A program made the position numbers and the translations under genes. The notes beneath the pieces were generated by a model. That model was not told the DNA's origin and did no database searches. It saw only the letters and a list, made by a program, of their open reading frames with translations. This document shows, in pieces, positions 25,091 through 37,100 of a stretch of DNA of 64,000 nucleotides. Position 1 is the stretch's first letter, and each line of letters begins with the position of its first letter. This stretch comes from Phoronis australis. Its lineage: Eukaryota; Animalia; Phoronida. The stretch is from positions 915,375 to 979,374 of the forward strand of contig NMRA01000073.1 in assembly GCA_002633005.1 (NCBI GenBank), read 5' to 3'.

Positions 25091-25272
25091 CTAATTGAAT
25101 TTGTCTGGATATCGGCTCCTCATCCGTGCCACGGCCTCCTCCTTGGACACGTCTGGAGCACCAGCACTCAGCATTGGAGGGGCGTCAATTTCCAAACAAA
25201 TTTCGAGGTCACTGGCTTCTCTTTTATTTCGCAACAAGTGTAACGTATTCTTCCTTACTTCGTTCACATACT
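25091..25272 (-). pseudogene. Terminal exon of the Kolobok transposase
   Basis: A ttttcag acceptor is followed by YVNEVRK...PPMLSAGAPDVSKEEAVARMRSRY, resembling the P..L.....K.EAV....SR(F/Y) tail of these transposases. No DDE core lies between this exon and the THAP exon. Confidence 0.65.
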
Positions 25273-25621
25273 CTGAAAAGCACAACTGCAATTTAAAGTA
25301 AAAATCATTTTGAATCAATGATTTAAGTTAAACACGACGTCACCTAAGTGCAAGTTTTCGCCTACTTTTATAACCTTCAAGCAAAGGCCAAAACCAGAGT
25401 TAACCCTGTTTTATTTTTGAAGCAGGTTACTTTAATAATCAAAACCGTGCAACTTAAGTACCATCGTTAGAACAGTTCAAACTTTTGTCAGCACACCACC
25501 ATCTATTACTTGGTTGACAAAACCCCACAAAGAACCTCCTGATGCTCAAATACAGTGGTCTCTGAAGCGCACCATAGCCTCGTAGGGGGCTGGGGGGGGG
25601 CGGTAGTAATAGCCGAGATTA

Positions 25622-25690
25622 TCCGACTCAGGAATCGAACCCACGACCCCCATAAAACCGGCAAGCGTGCTAACCATTCAGCTAATAGGC
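25622..25690 (-). mobile_element. tRNA-like SINE head or tRNA pseudogene
   Basis: A-box TAGCTGAATGG and B-box GGTTCGATTCC are present, but the acceptor and anticodon stems pair poorly. Confidence 0.6.
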
Positions 25691-26211
25691 AATTTCCCAT
25701 TAGCGAGTAGCTAACAGAGGCTCATATGATTCACCGGAAGCACATCTACAACAGGGCTATAGTACATGTATGTAGTTACTTCAGAGCTGGGCCGCCCATC
25801 GGCATGGGCGGTGTGCACCATAGGGGGCTGATGGTATTGTCCCCCCAAGTGCTGCTCTCCCCATAGTACCAGGTGTATATCTCCACTCTAATTTGGCTGA
25901 AGACAATGATTCTCAAAAATATGATACCCTAAATGATCCTTACTGACTTCGCGTGACTTGACTTTGAGAACCATCAGCAAATGAAATTGCATTGGGTCAA
26001 CATGATGCTCAACTAGCGCTGCTACACACACAACACCAAGAACAGTTGAATCAACAAATAGCCTACTGGGCAACATTCCAAAGAAATACCACCGGCAACA
26101 CTCAGCAATTGTTGACCGCGAGAACTATGGTGATTGCGAAAAAAGATCGTTATAGTTCAAGCACTGAGAAAGCGTCATGGATATAAGCCATAAATTATGA
26201 AGATAACTTAC

Positions 26212-26458
26212 CTTTTCACAAGACCAGCTTCAAACTTCATGATATGTTTGTCGTCGAAGCAGCCGTCCTCAAAGTGGTCGGAGCATATTTCGGCTCCGAC
26301 AGACTGGCCGACTCGACAGTCATTTTACAATGACGAGCAGTGCACACGAAAACGTGCCATTTTGCAGCCAGATGCTTGTCTTTGGGAAACCTAAATAGGG
26401 TCACGCCTTCCACCTGGCTGGTGTTAGCACAGTTGGCGCACACACACCGATGTACCAT
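26212..26458 (-). pseudogene. THAP-domain first exon of the Kolobok transposase, frameshifted
   Basis: MVHRCVCANC...LFRFPKD...KW is followed, in a shifted frame, by EICSDHFEDGCF (C2CH THAP signature). Donor AG|GTAAGT at 26211. Confidence 0.85.
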
Positions 26459-27364
26459 GTCTAAATCACGCCAAGATTGAACGCTCCTTGTTCGTCTTCC
26501 ACTGTTTTGTATGGGCGGTAAACTGCATTGTGGGATATTGATCTAGTTTGTGTTCCCCAACACCATGTCACGGTGTCAAAGGTCAACTTTTCGCGGATTT
26601 TTTTTAATTTTCGCTTTTTAACGTAACTACAGACACAATAACATGATAATTGGAAGAAGATATATCCAACTAACAATATCTTGAAAATATTATTACAATT
26701 TAACATACTTAGACCTTGCAATTTACACTTTAAGTTACACGTAAACTTGGAGGATTTTATGGCGCCTGTGGAGTTCTGAGCCAAATCTCGATTGATGAAT
26801 GATTTTTGCCGTGTGTGCCAAAGGTAGGAAACGTTCAGAAACGGTTGAGGCCGCAGTAATTGATACCCCTTGAAAATCTGCCTAATTTGTGATGAGCCGC
26901 ATGAAAGATTGGTGAACGACTGCCGTATTGTCGCGCCATTAGATCCATGGGCGTCTGTGCAGAAGTGCGCTTATGAGCGACACTTAGGCGCATGCGCCAA
27001 TATGCAAATCCCTTGGAGAAAAGGCCACGAAAAGGGTGACAATACTGAAATACAAAACTATTTATCAAATTTTCTAAAAATACGCCAAGTATCTTCAACG
27101 AAACAAAGGAAAAAGTAAAAGCATTGCCATTAGGAAGCAGAGCGGTAATTAAAACGCGTGCTCTTATATGCGAATTAATGTATGGGCTAACGCAGGGTAC
27201 CTTACCTGGACTTACATGCGAAACTTACGCCGATATGCGAAGCACTTGGGTAAAAAAGGCCGCGAAGAATTATCTCATATATAGACCCACCGTAAAATAA
27301 TGCGCCAAATTTTGGGGTTTTGAGATACTGGGTGCAGCATTTTCACCATCAGTTTTCACTCCTT

Positions 27365-29505
27365 TCAAAAAGTACGTATACTATTAAAAGAAACACAATG
27401 ACCATACCACCATCTTTCCACTTCCAACATTTCCAACGCTTCCTCTCTCTCTTGCTTGTCCAAACGGCAGGTGTTGTCAAGGAGGGTGCTGCCATGGCTT
27501 TTCAAAGACAATGCGGTAACGAGGCGAAATGGAGAACTTCCGTAAACATATTTACACAAGGCGCCGCCTATTAACGGCAGCGGAAACCAGTCTGACTGCC
27601 ACCACATCAGCACGAAGAAGCAAGTGGTGAGTGCTCTATAAATGTCAGACTGACCTCCGTCTGACTGAAATAACACTACGGTGTACAGGTAACGTGCGTA
27701 TACGAGCCAGTGTAGGTATAGTATAGTCAGTATAAAAGCCACCGTTACCACAAAGTATGACATCGCTGTGAATAGATTTTCCCATGTCTGAAAACAGAAG
27801 AAGTCGTTTCAAAGTAATTCTGCGATGCTATTTATGATTTCTCACTTCACCTAAGGTGCTCTGCAAGGTAAAAGCTTTTAATGAGTGCGGTGACTGTATG
27901 GTGCATTTAATTTAAGGCAAAACAACCTCTGCTCATGTATAAAACATCACGTCTACTAAATGGCTTAAGTATTTGAAACAAAATAATGTTATACTACCCT
28001 CGTCTACTTTAAAGATTTTGGAACGGGTTCGAAAACAAAGGCTGTCCAATCGTAAAGCGTTACGGCGATTGGACAGCCTAATAATTGCGGTTGTGAGGAA
28101 AACCCGTTTAGCTTGACAATGCAAGAGGCCATTCTTGGACATAATGAATAAACAGAATAGAATAGCGTCACCAGATCTCAACATTCGATGGTGTGTACTT
28201 CAAAGCTATACTGAGAGCTACAATCGGCAGGTCAAAATGGCCGAGAAAGTAGGACTGGCCTTGTCGACAACTCTGTTATTTAGCCAAACATCTTCAAAAT
28301 TTAGATTTTAACTTAGTTTAAATTATCACGAGAAGTGCTTGTGACTTAGGAATGCTACAAAACCCTTGGTTTTTCAGACTCTTCCATGGGCGCGCAGCAC
28401 TGAAAAAAGTGGCGGGCTAAATAAAGCCCCCTTACTGAGCCCCCCTGTGGTGCACCACCTACAGACCATGTGCGGCGTAGCACTGAAAAGGGGAGGGGGG
28501 CTATAGCCAGTGGCGGATTTAGGGGGGGGGGGCATGGGGGCCATGCCCCCCCTAAAATTTTACCAGATACCATTTGGGAGTTCGGGTGCGCGCAAGCAGG
28601 GGCTCGTCGGGGGTTAATAAACAACGCAGTAGGCCCTGAACAAACTGAACAAACCCCGTTTACCGTTTTTTTTAGTCAATGGGTCCGCAACCCCAAACAT
28701 TCGAGGCCTCTGCGTCCCCACATTTTAGGCTGAGCGCGCGCATCTGTCGAAATTCTGCTTATTCTCGAGCCTTGACCCCCCTAACTCAAAATCCTGGATC
28801 CGCCCCTGATAGCCCCTCCCCCAGCCCCCCAGTATGGTGCGCTGCCCATGTCTTCATGTCGGGCCTAACCAGAGGACTGCTGTCCTCTCTGACTTGCACC
28901 TTGTGCACTATCAGACGCCGTGTCGCGACACGGCCGATTGATGGTTAGCCTTCAAATCTGACCAACGTAAGGATAAACCTAACGAGTATGTTGGTGAACG
29001 TGAGCAGGTAGTTGAAACCAAATATCTGTCTTGTCACGGAGTTTGACATGTATCGTCAGGCTTTTAAGTAGCCATCGTTGTCAATCAAAAATAATTCCTT
29101 GTGGAGACATTAAGCTTGTCAAGGAAGCGAATAAGTTAGCGACAACTTACAGACTTGTGAACGAGCGTCAGCTGCCTGCGGGCAACGACATAGTAATAGT
29201 TAGAGACTTGAACCCCAAACCTGGCTCCCCAACCTTTTCTAGTGCCGTAATAAGGGGCGACTTACCCACATCCAGAAGTTGTCCAAACACGACGTAGAAA
29301 CTTTAGCGCATGGCTGCCAAATACAAGAATGTTCAGAAAACCCGTTCACGGCCGCATATATAATAGATGAAAGAAGATACTTTAAACCTATTAAATAGAA
29401 TGTAATAGCACAACCATAAAAGCACAATCTAGAAACAAAATACGCGTAACTGAAACTGCAGTCTGTTGAAGGGGAGGTTGGCCGAGAGATGGAGTTACTG
29501 CCCAT
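27365..29505 (-). CDS. Probable two-exon gene for an unrecognised 220-aa membrane protein (exons 29505-29266 and 27787-27365)
   Basis: An ATG-initiated 80-codon exon ends at TGG|GTAAGT (phase 0). The acceptor ttctgttttcag|ACA (phase 0) continues an open frame of 140 codons. It has 2-3 hydrophobic segments and a Cys-rich loop. Confidence 0.65.
28385..28850. mobile_element. MITE (CATGGGC family), 5-bp TSD, containing a nested MITE
   Basis: Termini are CATGGGC...GCCCATG, with TSD TCTTC on both sides. Confidence 0.85.
28508..28808. mobile_element. Nested MITE (CAG(T/G)GGCGGAT family), 5-bp TSD
   Basis: Termini are CAGTGGCGGATTTAG...CTGGATCCGCCCCTG, with TSD ATAGC on both sides. Confidence 0.88.
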
Positions 29506-29555
29506 GGCAAAGACGCGGGAACCCGTGCGACTCGGATGAAGAGTTGCTTTTGCTT

Positions 29556-29577
29556 ACTTCCGGCAATAGTGACGTCA
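29556..29577. promoter_or_regulatory. ETS-like (ACTTCCGG) and CRE (TGACGTCA) motifs just upstream of the 220-aa gene
   Basis: Exact motifs lie 50-72 bp upstream of the ATG at 29505. Confidence 0.4.
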
Positions 29578-29743
29578 GCAAAACGAAAGCTTAACATATT
29601 TTTAACATCATAATAACTCATCGATAGTTACTCAAACAGTAAATTCATCTTGAAAGTGTATTTGATGCAATAGCAGTCATTTTTATTAAACCTTCTAATT
29701 GTTCTTTCGTTTTTAAAGATGAATTTACAAAACACAGAGATAA

Positions 29744-29993
29744 CGCCTGTTCCAAGAAACTGACTTAAGTTCATTTTTGACTTAAGTTTAAGATTTGTCT
29801 TAACTTCCAAACTTTGAAACTTCCACATTCGGTAAGTTAGTCAAAATTAAGACAAAACTTATGTCAAACACGTAAGCCAAACTTTTAAAGATCTCTTTCT
29901 TCAATTTATTTTTAGACAGATTTAACTTTCATTTTAAAATTTACTAAAATTTAAGATTTGTCTTAGCTGAGTGAGTTTTGTTGGAACGGGCCC
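29744..29993. mobile_element. Harbinger-like MITE
   Basis: Imperfect TIRs GCCTGTTCCAAGAAACTGACT and AGTGAGTTTTGTTGGAACGGGC, flanked by TAA. Confidence 0.55.
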
Positions 29994-30975
29994 TAAGTTT
30001 TTATTTTAGAGTCCGATCCACGGCGAATCACAGACAATGCTGTCCGATGCTTAACTCTAACAATTTATTGCGTTCACTGACGCGAACTGCTTGTTTCTTT
30101 TCCCCACTTACCAACACGGACAGTGATGGCAAAATGAATTCCTTCACAGGCACATACCTGTAAAAGGCGTGATTACAACACTCCGTGGCTATATTTCCAA
30201 CGTTTCAATATGAATACTGACATTTCTAAATGTCACACAAAGGCTATTTTTACAATACAATTATGTTGTATTTAACAACATATCTTTGTACCTTTCTGAG
30301 CTCGTTATGCACTGCTTGAATTCTTATATCTCATACCTAATACAAGGTATTAAAGTTTTTATTTCTGTTCGGCAAGAGCACCATACTTGATTGGGCTTAA
30401 GGTTATCAGTAACCACAGACAAATGCCAAAGACTGATCTACTTCAGATCAGTCATAATATGTTACCACAGAAAAATGTCAAACATTGACCTACTTCGAAT
30501 TAGTCGGAATATATCTCAGAAATGACCATTAACTGGAGCTTCCAGAAAATTGCAAATCAGCTGTTGTCCAAAAGGCTACCAGGAATTATTTCACTTTGAG
30601 TGAGGCCTGGATGATTTTTGAAAAATTGTAAAATAAGAACGTAATTAATTTTATTCTCATAAATCAACGCGCTGATGAGGTATGAAGAATGATAGTTCTT
30701 TCTCAGTCAGAGAACGAAAATATACTTTAGAAAAGTGTTGCAGTATTTTGGGGTTTTACTTTAAAGATTTATGTAACCAATTATTAGATATCCGACTTTA
30801 GGTTAATAGTTGAAAGGGCTTAGCATGCAGTCTTGCTCTTCATAATATATTCGAGCTGCGATAAAACTACCTTTTGGCTAACAAACCTCCATTGATTTAC
30901 ACCATTTAGCTGGAAGGAATGCCTTCCTGCATTTAGTTATATTGGTATCAACTTGTTCATTACAGCTGTTAAATT

Positions 30976-31120
30976 CAGGAGCGGATCCAGGATTTTGAGT
31001 TAGAGGGGGCCAGATCAGAGTATTAGCCAGGATTTTTCCCGTCAGACATTCTCACCCTCTAGTCTGGGAGAATTTTAGGGGGGGCATGGCCCCCCTGGCC
31101 CCCTTCTAAATCCGCCACTG
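30976..31120. mobile_element. MITE (GGCGGAT family), 5-bp TSD
   Basis: Termini are CAGGAGCGGATCC...AAATCCGCCACTG, with TSD AAATT on both sides. Confidence 0.88.
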
Positions 31121-34100
31121 AAATTAGAGGGACTTCATGCGTTTGGAATGAACAGTCATTACGACTAAAGGTCTTGGCTTGTCAGTCACGGCTTGTTGAT
31201 TTCTCAGTCTCACTTACACTGGTTGTAAGCGTTACAGGCTGACATGTTCGTTTTCTCCTCGCCCTAGCGACAGTCACCTGTGTACATGTTCATGTTGTAA
31301 GTGATCTTCGCAAGTTACCAAGTCATAACATAAATATTAGCGCTCTTTCATCTTTGTGATGTGCGCATATGTATATCTATATTCGGTGTATGTTAGTATG
31401 CAGCCGAAAAGCTATTTCTAATGTAGGCTAGTGGTGTAGCGAGACTGCGAGATCGGTTCTCCTGAGGCGGCACTGCGCACCGAGAGGGGGCGATGTCGAC
31501 GGAAGTAGAGCTTAACAAACATAATAAAATTCATGGCGAATGGGAGGGTGGAGGCATAAAACTGGTGACAATCCCTATGGTGTGGTATCGGTGGCGACCA
31601 CGGCGCTACTCAAAAATATTCTTTTACTTCCCCGTGGGCGGCAATACAAGACTGGTTTAGTGTTCGAATTCTAAAGGCGCGCGCATCGAATCTGGTAGTG
31701 ACAAAATTCGAAGTCCGAGAGTAACTTATTTTTTTGTTTTGGTGCATATGCACTAGCGCTTTCTAAGTGTATCCCTAGGTGGTATCTGAGAGAGGTGGTC
31801 GGTGGTTTTCTCAATTGTCTGACAGTCTCTGATATCAAATATTTAGTTTTAGCTATACTTCTTGGCATTTGATGCAATGCCTGATTATCCCCTCAGTCGT
31901 CACGTGGTGCAGTCTGGCCGCTTGCCAAAACGACTTAGGTGCCTTGTATCCACGTTGTATAAAATCTTCAACATTTTTTGATTGCATCTCAAAAGCCGAT
32001 TGTACAGAAGGCTTTCTGAGCAACAATCAAAACGTGCTAAGATTTGTCAATCGACGCCAATGCGCAGCCGATACTGTTTCTCCACTCCTAAATTTCGGCT
32101 TGAGCTCCCAAAATTTATAATGAACGTTCAACAACGAAGAACTTCTTAGATCAATAGAAAATGACAGTGCTTGAGAACCACAATCATCTGACGGTGTGAC
32201 AGATAATAAATTTCTTGATTAAAAACACTGAAAACAATTCCTTACGTCCAAACTGACTTTGTACAAGACAAGAGTATGAGAGTTTTACTAAACCTCAATG
32301 CCAAAACGAGGTTAAATGCTACCATGTATCTTGCAAGATGACCCTACTTTTGTGAAATCTTTATGAAATTTCTCTTCCTTACTTCGCATCACGCAACAAT
32401 TACAGATTTCGCCCCTGCTACCTGCTTTGATACAGCCTATTGACGTACACGTACCTTTAGGGTTTCAAAGAAATAGCCTGCTTTATGGAAATAATTGCAT
32501 GAAGGCTGACTATGCACAACTCCCTAAAATTGTATTTTTAAAAGCGATGACAACACAGTGAATAGGTTTAGTGATCAAAACACCGGTTGGGTAACTTTAT
32601 TGCGTGAAAGTGTGTAGTTATTTAAATCTGTTATTCAAGAGTGTTGTACTTCTGTTCACAGACCAGGTCGTAACGTTCGGTTAATTCATGGGGCCACTCT
32701 AACACATTTCCGTATGTCTGAAATTGCAACACTCCTCTGACCAGTTGTTCAAGTGAGGTGGCTGCAAAATGTAACATTCCGGGACAATATTCTCCAGAAA
32801 CCGTAAAGGTGACGTGGGCTGGGCCTGCGTGCAACGCGTTGTGCAGCCATTTTTTGAACTCTTGACACTCCCACCCTCTCCCTTCGCACACGGCCTGGCC
32901 ATCGTCAATCAAAACATAAGATTATTTAGGGGACCCGCCAGTGGACCTGATCCCTCCTGTGGACACGACGAAAATAAAAGCCGCCGACACGCTGAGCTTA
33001 GGAACTACGCCAACAATTTCCTTCCGAAATCGTGGTTGCACCGACTCCTTGTAACATCTTCGGTTCACCGGTGTCCCAAATCTTTCGCCTATTTAGAGAG
33101 TTGAGCAGACTTCAGTTGATGGTGTGAAGTGTGTTCACATTCGTCGCTCGCCCACACCACTCAACATGCATTTGCATTTGTATAAGTGTCAATCCAGTTT
33201 GCTGCTTCTTTTCTTTCTGGTATTTCTTCCAACGAATCTGACGGCGAAGAACAGAGTTAGTGATTGATAGGCCCTAATGGACGGATGTAATGTGCCCACA
33301 TTTTTAAAGCTCGTTTTCTCCACTGAATAATGGGCATCAAACTGGTTTGCAAAATGTGGGCACTTTATATCCGACTATTGCTTAGACAACGGGGCAACAG
33401 TAACTTTGAGTCAAACAGCTTTCACGAACCCACCTTTTGTAGCAAAAGGACTTAGTGGGTTGCTTTTAGTAGGCGCAGAGAAGGAATTCGTGAATAGGGA
33501 AGATCGCCCAAGTTTTCGCAAGGTGTCGCCATGCATTTCAACCGAAGCACGTGATTGCAATAGCCTGCGAGTAACGCTTGCGTCTACGGCAGAATCCAGT
33601 CCCGGAGTCGAGTTGCTGCGAGAAAAAAATCTAACCAAAGTCACGTGCTCTCAGCATTGAAAATACACTGCGATTTCGCGATATGGTGCTTTTCAAGAGA
33701 GACACTTGCGTTTTTGAACTCGACTCTGATCTGATTGCTCGACTCTCAGATTAGAAGTGACGGTTTGCGGGATGGGAAACATATTGACTTCCTGGTCTCA
33801 GTCAAGTAGCAGCGACTCGGTGTCCAGGAATCACTTCCTATATGGGTAAGACCACTTTAAAACAATTTTATAACGGTCAGTGATCTAAAGCAACTGTCAG
33901 AATGCTGGTTATTGATAATTTTGATTAGTTTGCTTGCCATTAAAAAATTCCACTCGCGTGGCTGTCCCTTAGAATGGTGTTACTGCGTTGTATGCAGAAT
34001 TTATTGACGAGATCATTGATGCTGGAGCATAAAATAGCTACGTATTGTAGTAAAAATTGGTTTAAATAGTCTCCGGTTTCATAATAACATGACCGAATAA

Positions 34101-37100
34101 TGTAATGAACACAGGCTACGGTGTATTCGTCTTCACAGGTATGAACGAATGTGCCAGCTATGCTTCTTGCCCCCCGGGGCTGTCTGCCTTTGTTCTCATG
34201 ACGTTCCGTTACCAATACTGCACCATTGCTCGGAGGCATTGAAGCATTCGCTGATGTAATACAATAATAACCTCTTCGTCTTCATTAGCTCGAATTCAGT
34301 ACTGAACTGAAGTGCTGTGTGTCGAATAGTGTTTTGTTTAAGAATTCGTGTATTTATTCTGAAAAACGACGATATTGACTGCTGCTACTTCAGACAAAAT
34401 AACGTGTTATTTCATGTTCGAAAGGGCAATCTTATAAGGTAGATTGATCACGATACAGTCAGTTTGGGCTAGGCAGCAAAGAAAAACCGTAAGCCTCACA
34501 AATGCATCCATGGGTGAGAGCTACGTGTGCCTTTGGTACTACCGTTAAAATTGTCCAAGAGCTGAGTGAAACTAAATGTTTGTATCTTTTCTGTCTTGCC
34601 AATAAAACACTTTTTACACACACCGTTACATAAGTAGGCCCAGGTCATGCTTCGGAAAAAGGGATTATTCGTGGAATATTCCGCTCCCGTGGGAATTACA
34701 ATCGATTGGACCGATATGCTACAGGAACTGAAAAAACACCCCATTCTTAGGCCAGATCCAATCACAAACACCCTCGGTATTAGTGTGAAACCTTACCCAC
34801 TGTATATAGCTTCGCAACGTCACAAAGGCCTAGTATTATTCAAGACTGACTGCATATTATGTCACTGAAATATCGCGAAGCTTTTTGTCAAGATTAGTTG
34901 CGTGTATAACTCGATCTTGTGGGCACTGTTGAAACATTAGAGCCGTAGGGTCAATTGTAAAAGAAAGGCAAGCCTCTTTTTATCGTATTACTCACCTCCA
35001 GCAAAGGAAATGCACATTCATCTTCTAGTGGCAATCAAGTCTACTATTTGACGTCACGCCATGATTTTCCATTTTGGCGGGGAAATGCGTCCTGATTCTG
35101 CATTAAGTATTGTGTTCTCCCAACATTTTCTAAAACAAAATCTTCTGGGTCAGCATTATGGGTAATGTGATGCCAGGAGTAAATTCAGAAAGAGTTATGA
35201 CATTCTGATATTTTTGTTGAAAAAGGGAATATTTCCAGAGGCCAAGTTTCACGTGAAAATTGTCTGAAGTCCTTTTTCAAGAACTTGGGTTTCTTAGATT
35301 GAGTGGGTACTACCGATACCACTGTTTTGTCGACGACGGGGTCATCAACCCAGACTCGTTTCAAGGGACCGTAGAAGTATACGTACCGCACGTTGTGTAA
35401 GGCCTTGCGGTTATTGACCATGGATTATTGAAGAAGGTGGGATAAAGTGCGTGAGAGATCCACTCTTGCCTGAATACCGCCTCTCTGCAGCCATTCATTC
35501 TCGCAAGTGATCGAAGAATTTAATGTGTTTTAAGCGGCTTCACTTTGGTAGAATATGAGATATTCCCCGGTCGCATTTCAAAAACCAGTTGTTAGGTAAC
35601 GAACCGACCATAAATGACATGTCGCTCCCATCCCGGCTATTTACAAGGTCTACTATCCGAGCACGAAATAGCCTACGTCAGTACGCACAAAATCGTCTGA
35701 GCAGGTTTTTCTGAAGGAATATTATAAAAAAACACCGTTGCATATCAAACTTAACGTCTGCATCAATTTAATAAAAACATATAATGTTATTCAGAACTAC
35801 TTTTGAAGAATCCGGGGTTAATATTACTTCCATATCTCATCTCTTACTCGCGTCCCTGACTTTTGTGATCTTCATACGTTTTGTTAACTTTCACAAGGCA
35901 ATATTTAAAAAGAGGATGATGTTACCAACGTGACACACGGCTCCAGAAGTGTTTTGAAGTCGCACTTGAGTCTGATGATTAACGTTAATTACTGTAGATC
36001 TTCGTTTTGCTGACATCTCATTTAGTTCATTATAGATTATTTTCGCTTTTAGGAATCTCAGTAAATTAAAATTGTGGATTGTTTCACCAAGAAATATCAT
36101 ATAATATAAGTTGTACATCGGCCAAACCCACGCTCAAATTTTCAAAAGGCGATGCCGGAGACCTTAACGTCAGCTTGACGATTAAACAAAATAATGACTA
36201 ATGACTAAACAACTATAAATTCGCTCTTTAGAATTTATTTGATAATGTAGCTGTTGATAACGAAATGTAAACACGAATCGAAGTCACAAGCTTTGCCGTT
36301 GCATAGTAAACCATCCCGGTGTTAGTCACATTTTTAATGTGGATCAAGGGCAGTTCTGAGTCAAAACTGGCAAAATTAATCAAAATAAATACTTACCCTG
36401 AGTTTACATCGCAAGCGATATGTAATTACCATCAACAGAAAGCATGCTATAGCTGTGCGTGGTTCTTGCACATCTTTTTCGTCTGGCTGTGAAGAGACCT
36501 ACAGTTGAAAGACCGACAGATTGACGCGCGTCGATACCTGTGCAGGTAAGGTGTACACCTGTGTTGTACACGTCGACACACCACCGGCAGCAATCAATGT
36601 TTTAATGAAACTCATTTATCGGTAGACGTCATTAATATCACCAAATGTCCCTTCCAGCGATCGACGGTATTAAAAAACCTGAATCCGATCCGCCCAGACC
36701 GTGTTGACCTGAATGTACATACGCGAAGGAACTTAGTGAACCGTTCCCGGCTGTTTCCAAGTTTGATTAAGTTTGATTAAGATAAAAGTGTCCCAGACTG
36801 GTGATTACACTATACTCTCAATGGCGCTTGAACGTGTAATGAATATATCACGCGCTGTCACCATGGTGATGTATCCAAGCGCGGCAGCGGGCTTCATATC
36901 TTGAATTTTTCGTTTTTGAGCGCATGACTTTCCCTTCTCGTGACGTGAACGGTGTCGAAAGACACGATTTCGTGTTGGCGAAAATTGTTCGCGACACATT
37001 GTTACCGTAAAGTGATATTACGTCATCCGATCTGTCGTTTATTGCATCGCATGCCTAATTTACGCTCTCTTTATGCCGTGCATGACCTATCGGGCATCGA

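Larger units (their letters stand above)
21756..26729. mobile_element. Kolobok-superfamily DNA transposon, internally deleted and non-autonomous
   Basis: Perfect 19-bp TIRs AGTGTAAATTGCAAGGTCT at 21756-21774 and 26711-26729, with TTAA on both sides. It contains a THAP-domain gene and a convergent Cys-rich second gene, the standard Kolobok layout. Confidence 0.92.

Noticed and set aside
25622-25690. Functional tRNA gene
   Set aside because: The acceptor and anticodon stems do not pair properly.
31854-32190. Minus-strand frame with a single in-frame TGA (selenocysteine or readthrough)
   Set aside because: No redox motif around the TGA, no SECIS recognised and no homology; compatible with chance.
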